From the sequence record CP114870.1: DNA of 32,000 bases. One strand, 5' to 3'. Shown piece after piece: positions 11,767 through 21,456 of this stretch. The notes beneath the pieces were generated by a model. The model searched no databases and had not been told where the DNA came from. It was given only the letters and a program-made list of their open reading frames with translations. The translations under genes were made by a program, and so were the position numbers. Position 1 is the first letter of the stretch. Each line of letters starts with the position of its first letter.

Positions 11767-12670
11767 AAAAAAGTATATAATTACTATTTTAATAACTTAT
11801 CTCTAAATATATATATACCACCCTAAATAGGCTTTATTTATAAATCTTACCATTATAACCTTCTCCTACTTTCCTTACTAAATAATTTATTAAGAGATTA
11901 AATATTTTATTCCTTCCTTTATAAAAGAATATATATTTAATAAAAATTAAATTTATATCTAATTATAAAAATTAAAATAAAAATATTTAGTAGGGTGAAA
12001 AAAATAATTGTTAATCTTATTATTAATTATCTTATAATAAAATTACAAATATATTTGTAATTGTTTCAATATTTTATATTTTTTTTAATCTACTTCTTTT
12101 CTTTATTTATAATTAAATTTATTTATTTATTTTTTTATTTATTTTTTTTTTATATTCTTATATTAAAATTTTTTAATTTTTTTAATATAAATCACTATAG
12201 GATATTAATATTTTTACAATTATAATTTTATTAGATTATCTGATATTAATTATTCACTTTTTGATATTTAACTTTTTTTAAATAAACTCCAAGTTTACTA
12301 ATGTTTGATAATAAATCCTTAAATAATAAATAATTAGAATTAAAATCCTCTGTTTCATTTAATAGAAATATTTAAAGTTTCATTTATAAATTGTTCTAAA
12401 TTAATTCACTATATGAATGATTATCTTCTGTTTCATTTATAATTAGTTATAAATAAAAATCATTAATTGATTCATTATTATCTGTTTCAATTATAATTTA
12501 TTAAAATATTGAATGAACTAAATTCTTCATCAACCTTCCCATTTATTATAATTTTATAAAAAAAAGATAAAATTTTATAATTACTTTTCTGATTCAATTA
12601 AATTGAATCATTTCAAAATTTTAATTTTTAATAATTAGATTCTTTCTAAATAATATTCAGTTTCTATATC

Positions 12671-12710
12671 TTTTTTGTTTTTATTTTTTTGTTTTATTTC
12701 TTTTTGTTTT
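12671..12710. repeat. (TnG)n tract
   Basis: ttttttgtttttatttttttgttttatttctttttgtttt read directly. Confidence 0.85.
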
Positions 12711-12980
12711 AAATCTAAGATACTTATACATATCTATTATATAATTATTTATATAAATATATACCTAACGTCTATATAATAATTAAAAAGGGGATAAATT
12801 TTATAATATAAAAAATAGAAATTAATATAAAAAATTAAAAAAATTTTTTAAATTTATTATATTTTGAGAAATTTCTATCTCCTAAAGTTAAAGGAATGTC
12901 GAATATCTTTTTTTTTTTAGAGAATTTTAAATTAATTAAAAAAAAGATTTCTATTTATTATTTAGAATATTATAAAAAAA

Positions 12981-13053
12981 GGTAAGATTAGTTTAATTGG
13001 TAAAATGATGTCTTGTGGCGACAATGTTCAGAGTTCGAGTCTCTGATTTTACC
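12981..13053 (+). tRNA. trnH: tRNA-His (anticodon GTG) with genomically encoded G-1
   Basis: Manual cloverleaf. Acceptor GTAAGAT/ATTTTAC (7 bp, one G-U). D stem GTTT/AAAT with loop AATTGGTA. Anticodon stem (A)TGTC/GACA(A) with loop TTGTGGC. T arm CAGAG-TTCGAGT-CTCTG. An extra G at 12981 sits opposite discriminator C13053, the His-specific G-1:C73 pair. Confidence 0.85.
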
Positions 13054-13530
13054 CTTTACCCCTTTTAATTTTTTATAAATTATACTCCTAAAATAAATAA
13101 AAGGTTTTACTATAAAAAATATTTTTTATACTAAAATTAAAGTAAAATTTGATGAAATATTTTTTTTTTTTTCAATCTCTTATGTACATACCGTAGATAT
13201 TTATAATTAGGAAGTAACTATTAAATTAATAAACTTTATGGAATATTAGTTTAAAAAATATTAGGAATATAATTTGAAACCAGTTGATTCAATAAGATAT
13301 AACTATAAAATTTTTTATCTTTAGATTCAGATATAACATGGATAAAAAAAAATTTTTTTTTAATATTCATATCTCTAAAGAAAATAAATCAACTTTTAGA
13401 TTTGAGCTCTTTATTTAAATACTATAAAGGATTGGATGAATTGAGGATAAAATAAACATAAAATTATTATAATTTGGAAATTAAACCTTTTTATGAACTA
13501 GTATATTAAATTTTTAAAAAAATCTTTTTT

Positions 13531-13681
13531 AAATTAAAAATTAAAAATTAAAAATTAAAAATTAAAAATTAAAAATTAAAAATTAAAAATTAAAAATTAA
13601 AAATTAAAAATTAAAAATTAAAAATTAAAAATTAAAAATTAAAAATTAAAAATTAAAAATTAAAAATTAAAAATTAAAAAA
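13531..13681. repeat. Perfect tandem array of the heptamer AAAAATT, about 21 copies
   Basis: aaattaaaaattaaaaatt... is uninterrupted from 13531 to about 13681. Confidence 0.97.
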
Positions 13682-14808
13682 GATTAATTATCTAATGAAT
13701 ATATAGAATTAAAATATAACTTTGAAATTAAATAGTTTCTAAAAAAATTCACCTAGTTATATCATAAATAAAGTAAAATTTTATTGAATAGTTTATAAGG
13801 TAGATTAGAATTGATTCCTGATAGAGGTGAGATGGAAATTCATATTATCTTAGATTCTATAGTAATCCAAAATAAAAAGAAAAAATATAAATATAGTAAG
13901 TTAAGTATTAAGTTAAAAATGGTAATGGTAAAGAATTAATTTCTTATATTAAAAATAATAAAAATAATGGTTGATATAGAACATTAAATATTTCTATAGC
14001 AGCAGTTATAACATAACAGTATTTACTAGTATATGTGTTGTGTATATATGACTCAATTTTAATTTAGAATAGATACTAAACTATTTTATATTATACATAT
14101 ATTTTTTATTATATCTCAAATAGATACTAAATTAATATCAAAAGATTTAGGTAAAATGAAATTAGAACATATAATATATTTGAATAAAGTTATTTTTCTA
14201 CCACATAATTTTTTTTTTATACTCTAATTATTCCTTCTTAAAGAATTTACTAAATTTAAAGGTTTTTTTACTTTCTTTAACCATTTTAATTTGAAATTTT
14301 ATTAATATTTGTTAAATAAAAAAAGAATCAAAAAAATTAGAGCAAGATCTAATAGATATTTCTATAAAGGTCATATTAAAGATGAAATTTATACTCTACC
14401 TCTTAGAATTACAGATAATCACATATAAATTATATCTTATCATAATAATAAAATCATAGATACAAAACCTATTTATACATATGAATAAAATTATTCTTAA
14501 ATATAAATATTGATAAAAAAATAAAGCTTATATCCTTAAAATAATAATATAATTTAGAAAAAAATAAAATATTACCTATTAAAAAAAAAAAACCTAATAT
14601 AAATTTTAATTCTTTAATTAAAAATATATAAGGGAAAAAAGAAAAAATAAATGATAATAATTATTCAATTATTTTCTTTGTAAGTTATTTTAACCTTATG
14701 TATATAAATATAATCATAAAGTTATTTGAACATTAAAAAATCAAAAAATTATTTGAAAATTATATAATCATATGTTTAGATTCAGTAATTTATTTTTTAT
14801 TTTATTAA

Positions 14809-14847
14809 TTTTTGTTTTTTAGTTGTATTTATTTTTGTTTTTGTTTA
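14809..14847. repeat. (TnG)n tract
   Basis: tttttgttttttagttgtatttatttttgtttttgttt read directly. Confidence 0.8.
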
Positions 14848-15101
14848 TAATTTTTTTTTATTTTTTTAACAAAGAGGCTACATATTAATAAATTATATTT
14901 TATAATATAAATTATATATACTAAACCTCTAATTATAGCTATAAAATTTTTATTAGTTTTTATAAATATAAATAAAAATAAAAATATAAATATCAAAATA
15001 AATATCTGTAATGTATAAATATTCTTTCTCTGAAAATTTCGCTTTAATATCATGAACAATAGTAATATCACAAATATTACGGTTTGTTTGTATCCAGTTG
15101 T

Positions 15102-15111
15102 GGGGGGGGGG
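15102..15111. repeat. G10 homopolymer (C10 on the sense strand), 25 nt downstream of the rps3 stop codon
   Basis: gttgtgggggggggggttg read directly. Stands out in otherwise AT-rich sequence. Confidence 0.95.
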
Positions 15112-15135
15112 TTGAAAATTTAATAATTTAAAATA

Positions 15136-17193
15136 TTAAAAGAAATTTTGTCCAGATGAAACAGTAATACTAAAAGCACCTCTTTTATTTTTATTTGTAA
15201 ATCTAGCCACATCTGAGAAATTAATTTTACCAGGGGCAGCCGCACCTCTTCGAATTGTTTTAACAGTTTTTCTAGGAATTACTCTATGTGTCAATAATCT
15301 ACCCGCTACTTTAATATTAATACCAGAAAGGAAAGCAGGTAATATTTCATAATTCGTTTTACCTGTTACTTTATTTAAATTTTTAATAACAGCCTTTTCA
15401 AATAGTTTTCTAAAAATAATTCTTAATTTAATTTTATTAATCATAATACCTAAAAGATTAACTAATATATTACTATCATGATAAGGGTAATGTAATCTAA
15501 CTAAATCTAAATGAACAGGTTTATTAAAAAAATGACTTAAAATCTCCGATAAAAATTTAAATTTTTTTTTAAAAACTTTAGTAATAACTACATTAGATAA
15601 TTTTCTTAATTTCTGTCTTACATTAAATTTAATCTTTCTGAATTTTCTATATTGTTTTCTAAATTTATTTTTTTTCTTAAACCACAAATTTTTACTAATT
15701 TTCTTTCTCTTTCCATTTTTATTTAATTGTATTTTTTTAATTTTTAAAATATTAGGTAAAAATAAAAAGTAAAACAATTGTATAATAATTTTGTCTGGAG
15801 TCATAACAAAAACAGGTTTACTAATTAAACAATACATAGCTTTAAAAGAACGAGCTAATAATTTATAAATATTTTGAATTAATTTATTTCTCTCACTTTT
15901 AAATTTAAAACCAATTATATTAGAATAAGAGATAAAAATTCCTTTTTTAATAATATTATAAGTACTGATTGCTTTTAAATATTTATTAATTATTGGTTTA
16001 TCCTGTAGTTTATAATCTACTTTTGTAACAAAAAAATTATTTTTATTATATTTATGTTTATTATTATTTTTATTCAAAATTCTATTATTAAAATTAAAAA
16101 TATCATTAAAATTATAATATGACATTTCTACGGGGTTAGAATAAATAGAAAAAGCCTCATTATTATAATCAAAATCCTTAAATTTTCCTATCTCATTCAA
16201 AGTTTGTTCAATTTTAATTTCATTAATTTTATTAATATTAATAGCTTTAAATATTTTATTAATAAATAACTTCTTTTCATAAAGTAATAAATTATTACTA
16301 TTAGTATTAACATTTTTAAAATTTTGTTCAATTTTATTAAATTTACTTAGTTGTATATCCTTATCAATTTTTGTAAGATTTAAATTAGTAAATTTATTCT
16401 TAATTATAGTAGTATTCTTTAAATAAGAATTATTATTTTTATTAGTATAAAAATTATTAAAGTTAAAATTCTCATTTAAGCTAGGAAAAACATAAGAAAT
16501 AATATTAAAAACATTTTTTTTAAAATATAAATTATTAATTATATTTTTCTTTATAAATATTTGAGTATCTATCTCCTTAAGAATTTTTTTTCCTTTATCT
16601 AAAAGTTTATTAATTTGTCTTCTATTAATTTTTAGATCTCTTTTGTTATTATAAATTAAATTTCATTTATAAATTTTTGCCATTTTTCTTAAACGATATT
16701 TGAATTTTATATAAGGATGAGGTTTAAGTAATTGTTTAGGTAAAAATAATCTAATATTATATATTAAAGATCTGAATTTAAAAAAAGGTATAAATTTATT
16801 AATCTCATAAAAATAATTTGATATAATAATGTTTAATTTATAATTTTCATCCTTTTTTAAATATAATATTAAATCTTGATTATTATGTTTGTTTAAATAA
16901 TTACTCAACTTATTATTATATAAAGTTAATCCCTTTAAGAATAAATTTAATAATTCTTTAAATGTATTTATTTTAATTCTGAATTTTTTTTTTGGATTTT
17001 TTAGATTAATATTATATTTATTTCTCTTTTTGTCAATTAATTTCTTTAAAATAACTGGAGTTTTAAATAAAGGTAACATTCTTTTATCTATAATTTTATC
17101 ATTATAAACATTTTTAGTTAAAGTTAAATTAAGATTATTATTAAAATTATTAATATTATTATTATTATTATCATTTTTATTCAAATTCATCAT
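15136..17193 (-). CDS. rps3: Mitochondrial ribosomal protein S3 (free-standing). 685 codons if the single in-frame TGA (16663-16665) is read as Trp. The minimal conserved part is 15136-16200.
   Basis: The C-terminal region has the fungal mt-Rps3 signature (..LSGINIKVAGRLLTHRVIPRKTVKTIRRGAAAPGKINFSDVARFTNKNKRGAFSITVSSGQNFF). Track ORFs 16663..17193 and 15136..16200 are in the same phase. Triplet-by-triplet reading of 16201-16680 shows no TAA or TAG and only one TGA. ATGATG start at 17188-17193. Asn/Lys-rich low-complexity body is typical of var1/rps3. Confidence 0.7.
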
Positions 17194-17690
17194 ATTGTTT
17201 TTTTATTTTTTTTTTTTATATTCTTTGCTCATTACTTTATCATATCCCAAATTATAATTAATTATTTTTTATCTTATTAATTAATTAATTATAATTGTAG
17301 TTAGTAATAAAGGGAGAGCTGGATTAAATTAAATAATTTAATTAACTTTAATTTCATTAAATGAAGTGAATTTTTTTTTTATTTTTTTAGATATAAAAAA
17401 AATTTTTTTTTATTCACTAGAATCAATTCATTTAATAATATTTTTCAATCCAAAAATTAGTATGGTATACATTGTTCCATTCTCTAGATCTAATTTTTGT
17501 TTAAGAAATGAAAAATTTATTTCAAATAGGAATAGCTAAAATATAAGAGGGATTACTGGCCTTTATTATTAAATCTTTCCACAAACTTTTTTTTTAATTA
17601 TATTTATAATTACAACAATTATAATTATAATTATAATTATAATTATATTTATAATTTATATTTATATTTATATTATTTAATTATAAAAAA

Positions 17691-17702
17691 GGGGGGGGGG
17701 GG
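17691..17702. repeat. G12 homopolymer (C12 on the sense strand) in the nad5-rps3 spacer
   Basis: aaaaaaggggggggggggaaaaaag read directly. Confidence 0.95.
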
Positions 17703-18127
17703 AAAAAAGAATTAGGACAAATTAAAAAATATAAAAGGTTGTATATCTAAATTATTTATAATATTTTTTCTTTTTTTTATTATTTATATTTTCTTTCATT
17801 AGCTTCTCTTTTAAATTTAAAATTAAATATCTTAATTATTACTTTATTCTTATAAATCCTAAATATTTCTTTAGATATTAAATATCCATTTATTTATTTT
17901 AAATAAAAAATTTATATAAAATATAAATTAAAAAAATTTAATTAAAAAAGATATAAAATATAAAAATTATTACTATTGTAAATTAAAATTTAAATTCTTA
18001 TGGTTTAGTTTTATCTGAAGAATAGATAAGGAATAAAATAGAAAATATATAAAATATAAAAAATATAAAAAATATATAAAAATTATAAAAATAAAGTATA
18101 AAGTAAATAAAAAAACAAAAATATAAA

Positions 18128-18207
18128 ATAAAAAATAAAAAATAAAAAATATAAAATATAAAATAAAAAATAAAAAATAAAAAATAAAAAATAAAAAATA
18201 AAAAATA
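18128..18207. repeat. A-rich heptamer array (AAAAAAT/ATAAAAT)n directly downstream of nad5, ending in GGGAGGGG
   Basis: ataaaaaataaaaaataaaaaat... read directly. Followed by aaatgggaggggataat at about 18208-18224. Confidence 0.9.
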
Positions 18208-18270
18208 TAAAATGGGAGGGGATAATATAAAATTTATAATTTTAATACAAATCTATTTTAGAAATTTATA

Positions 18271-20265
18271 TTAATTTTTAGAAGTAGAAGGAGATAATAC
18301 TAAAACTAAAGTAGCAAAATATATAATTATTAATCTTAATTCTGAAAAGATAGATATATCTATTAATACAGGAGCAAATATTAAAAATAATAAAGATAAT
18401 AAACCTATTGTAATATAAAGTGAATAAGTAGTAATAATACCTGTATCTAATTTAGCTATATTAATACCAGTATTAGTTAAAGTATTAGCTAATCCATAAG
18501 GTCCTAAGAATTCAATTGCTCCTCTATCTATTTCTTTAGATATTAAATAACCAGTTTGTAATCCAGCTGAAACTATAAAATGGTTATAAATTACATCAAA
18601 ATAATATTTACCATTTAAGAAACTATATAATTTTTTAGCAAAAGGAGTATCAGTTAAATTAAAAATAAATTCTGGAGATTTATGATACATAAAAATAGCT
18701 GTAGCTGAACCAATAATACTTAAAATAACAGGTAATAATTTAATAATAGGGTTAATTGAGAATTCTGCTTCTATAATAGATATATTATTAGGATGAATAA
18801 ATAAAGAATTTCCAAAGAAATCAGAACCTACACCTACAAATAAATCTGAAAAGATATAACCAAAGAATATACTAAATAAGGCTAAAATTAACAAAGGTAG
18901 AATAACTGCTATTTTAGATTCATGAGAATTTAAATAAGATTGTTTCTGACCATTAGGTGTTGTTAAGAATACAAGACTAATTAATCTAAAACTATAAAAT
19001 GCTGTAATACCTGCAGTTATGGATCCTAAAATAAATGCATACATACCAGTAAAACTATATTGACCAAAAGCTAATTCTAAAATTAAATCTTTACTAAAGA
19101 ATCCGGTTAGATAAGGTGTAGCTAATAAACTAAAAGATCCCACTAACATAACTGAATAAGTAAAAGGTAAAAATTTTATTAAACCTCCCATTCTTCTCAC
19201 ATCTTGTTGATCAGCAAAAGAATGAATTACTGCACCAGCACCTAAGAAAAGTAAAGCTTTAAAAAAAGCATGATTTACTGTATGCATTAAGGCTACATTA
19301 TATTGACTAAGACCTACTGCCATCATCATATAACCTAATTGAGAAATAGTACTAAAAGCTATTATTCTTTTTAAATCATTTTGTAATAAACCACAAGTAG
19401 CAGCAACAAAAGCTGTAGTTGAACCAATAATAGTAATTATTAATAGCACTGTAGGACTAAATTCTAAAATTGGAGATGATCTTAATAATAAATATATTCC
19501 AGCAGTAACTAGTGTAGCGGCATGAAGTAACGCACTAACTGGAGTGGGTGCTTCCATACTCCCAGGCAACCAAGAATGAAGAGGTATATTAGCACTTTTA
19601 GCTAAAGCACCACCTAATAAAAATAAAGCTATAATAGATATAGATGTTTCATTCATATAAGGTGTAATTGAAAAGATAGATGCATAATTTAAGGAACCAA
19701 ATATTGCAAATATTGCAAAAAATCCTATACTCATTAACATATCACCACTTCTATTCATTGTAAAAGCTAATATAGCTGCTTTATTTGCTTGAATTCTAGT
19801 AAAATAAAAATTAATAAGTAAATAAGAAACAACTCCTATTGCTTCCCAACCTACAAACATTACAAAAAAATTACCACCTGTTATTAATAGTAACATACCA
19901 GCAGTAAAAGCGGATAAATAGGAGAAAAATCTTTGATTGTGAGGATCTGAAGATAAATAATCTATAGTATATATATGAATTAATGTTGAACAATATAACA
20001 CTGCTAAACCTAGAGATACTGTTAATTGATCAAAAAATAAATCCCAAGATATAGACATAATTTCAGAATCTACCCAACTACCTAAATTGATATGTACTGG
20101 TGAACCACAAATTCCTACTTCATAAAAAGCAAATGTCATTAATAAAGAAGATAATAATAAACAAGTACATGTAATGAATTGTGAACCAGTTACACCTATT
20201 TTTCTACCCATGAAACCTGACACTATTGATCCTAATAAAGGTAATATGATTATTGATAAATACAT
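18271..20265 (-). CDS. nad5: NADH dehydrogenase subunit 5
   Basis: 664-aa ORF with canonical ND5 blocks (FVGWEAIGVVSYLLINFYFTR, LHSWLPGSMEAPTPVSALLHAATLVTAGIYLLLR, AFSTISQLGYMM, HAFFKALLFLGAGAVIH). The ATG overlaps the nad4L stop by 1 nt (TAATG). Confidence 0.97.
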   Translation of the reverse strand: MYLSIIILPLLGSIVSGFMGRKIGVTGSQFITCTCLLLSSLLMTFAFYEVGICGSPVHINLGSWVDSEIMSISWDLFFDQLTVSLGLAVLYCSTLIHIYTIDYLSSDPHNQRFFSYLSAFTAGMLLLITGGNFFVMFVGWEAIGVVSYLLINFYFTRIQANKAAILAFTMNRSGDMLMSIGFFAIFAIFGSLNYASIFSITPYMNETSISIIALFLLGGALAKSANIPLHSWLPGSMEAPTPVSALLHAATLVTAGIYLLLRSSPILEFSPTVLLIITIIGSTTAFVAATCGLLQNDLKRIIAFSTISQLGYMMMAVGLSQYNVALMHTVNHAFFKALLFLGAGAVIHSFADQQDVRRMGGLIKFLPFTYSVMLVGSFSLLATPYLTGFFSKDLILELAFGQYSFTGMYAFILGSITAGITAFYSFRLISLVFLTTPNGQKQSYLNSHESKIAVILPLLILALFSIFFGYIFSDLFVGVGSDFFGNSLFIHPNNISIIEAEFSINPIIKLLPVILSIIGSATAIFMYHKSPEFIFNLTDTPFAKKLYSFLNGKYYFDVIYNHFIVSAGLQTGYLISKEIDRGAIEFLGPYGLANTLTNTGINIAKLDTGIITTYSLYITIGLLSLLFLIFAPVLIDISIFSELRLIIIYFATLVLVLSPSTSKN

Positions 20266-20531
20266 TAGCTTCTTAATGAAATAGTACCTCTTAAACGATA
20301 GTAAGCAACTAAAATACTTAAACCTATAACAGATTCAGCCCCTGCAATAGAAATTATATATATACTAAATGTTTGTCCTACATTATCATCAAAACCAAAA
20401 GAGCTGATTAATACTAATAGTGTAACAGCTAATAGCATTATTTCTATAGCTATGATCATAAGGATAATATTTTTTCTATTTAGAATAAAACCTAAAATAC
20501 CTATTAAAAATAAGAATAAAGAAAGATTCAT
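20265..20531 (-). CDS. nad4L: NADH dehydrogenase subunit 4L
   Basis: 88-aa ORF MNLSLFLFLIGILGFILNRKNIILMIIAIEIMLLAV..AGAESVIGLSILVAYYRLRG, a typical ND4L. ATG at 20529-20531. Confidence 0.95.
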   Translation of the reverse strand: MNLSLFLFLIGILGFILNRKNIILMIIAIEIMLLAVTLLVLISSFGFDDNVGQTFSIYIISIAGAESVIGLSILVAYYRLRGTISLRS

Positions 20532-20552
20532 AGTTTATAATATTTTGTTATA

Positions 20553-20590
20553 TTCTTGATAGTTACAGTTAATAAATGCTTTATATATTT
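20553..20590 (-). promoter_or_regulatory. Copy B of the 38-nt repeat, 22-59 nt upstream of the nad4L ATG. Candidate promoter or 5'-processing element.
   Basis: See copy A (11714-11751). Sense strand: AAATATATAAAGCATTTATTAACTGTAACTATCAAGAA..27 nt..ATG(nad4L). The ATATAAAGCA part resembles the yeast mt promoter nonamer ATATAAGTA. Confidence 0.5.
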
Positions 20591-20745
20591 ATTTTTGTTT
20601 TTGTTTTTGTTTGATTTGTTTTGCTTTTTTATTTTTTAATTTATTTTGTTGTTTTGTTTTTTGTTTCTTGTTTTGTTTTTTTGTTTTTTGTTTTGTTTTT
20701 GTTTTATTTTTGTTTTTGTTTTTGGTTTTGTTTTTGTTTTTTTAA
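20591..20745. repeat. Longest (T4-7G)n tract, about 155 nt; (A4-7C)n on the sense strand
   Basis: atttttgtttttgtttttgtttgatttgttttgc...gtttttggttttgtttttgttttttt read directly. Abuts the 38-nt repeat. Confidence 0.95.
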
Positions 20746-21228
20746 TTTTTATAATGATCAAACCACACAATACTAAAATTATTACTATTATATTTAGTAA
20801 GAATATTAATCCTACTGAAGCTTCAAAGATTATAAAGAATAGTGTTGATTTTTCATAATATTTAATAATTCTTTTTAAATTAGGAAACTTAGTTTCTATA
20901 TCATATTTAGATATCAAATAAATAGAAAGCTATATACCCCAAAACATTGATAAAACAAATTAAAACAATAAAACTCAATGTAAACATTGAAAAACAATAC
21001 AATATCTGACAATATCTGCAGATTCATCTGTAATATTCCCCCCTAATTTATTAATAATTAAATGGAAAAGAAAAGAATATTTATATTCATAATTAATCTT
21101 TAAATTATATATTTGTAATTTTATTTTATTTCTAAAATTCATTAATTTGAGTATTATTTTGAAATTCATCATATTATTTTTTTTATATAATATTTTATTA
21201 AATATTAAATATTAAATATTAAATAAAA

Positions 21229-21278
21229 TTTTTTTGTTTTTGGTTTTTGTTTTTGGTTTTTGTTTTTGTTTTTTTTTA
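21229..21278. repeat. (T5G/T5GG)n tract beginning 6 nt after the cox3 stop codon
   Basis: tttttttgtttttggtttttgtttttggtttttgtttttgttttttttt read directly. Confidence 0.95.
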
Positions 21279-21283
21279 ATTAC

Positions 21284-21456
21284 TTAAGCTCCACCCCAGA
21301 AATACACAGCTACAAATAAAAAAAGCCAGACTACATCCACAAAATGCCAATAAAGGATACCAGCTTCAAATCCTTGATGATGTTGTTTAGTTAATTGATA
21401 ATTTATGATTCTAATGAAACCTACTAAAATAAAAATAGTACCAATAATTACATGTA
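21284..21456 (-). CDS. cox3: Cytochrome c oxidase subunit 3, exon 3 (includes the TAA stop)
   Basis: Translates (L)[56 protein letters not shown]. The join exon2 ..GGA T + TA CAT GTA restores HGLHVIIG. The three exons sum to 810 nt, or 269 aa, the usual Cox3 length. Confidence 0.88.

Noticed and set aside
13531-13681. Regular repeat array considered as possibly CRISPR-like
   Set aside because: It is a 7-nt perfect microsatellite with no spacers, in an organellar context. Not a CRISPR.
13796-13852. 7-bp acceptor-like pairing TAAGGTA/TATCTTA with a D-like stem
   Set aside because: The unit is only 57 nt. There is no anticodon-stem complementarity and no T arm.
14829-15071. Minus-strand ORF, 80 aa
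   Set aside because: It is extremely low-complexity (I/F/K). Its C-terminus is the (AnC)n tract read in frame, and it sits in the spacer just after the rps3 C10 run.
20646-20858. Plus-strand ORF, 70 aa
   Set aside because: It is a translation of the (TnG)n tract (F/C/V repeats), a repeat artefact.
20975-21172. Minus-strand ORF, 65 aa
   Set aside because: An AT-rich chance frame in the cox3-nad4L spacer with no recognisable motif.
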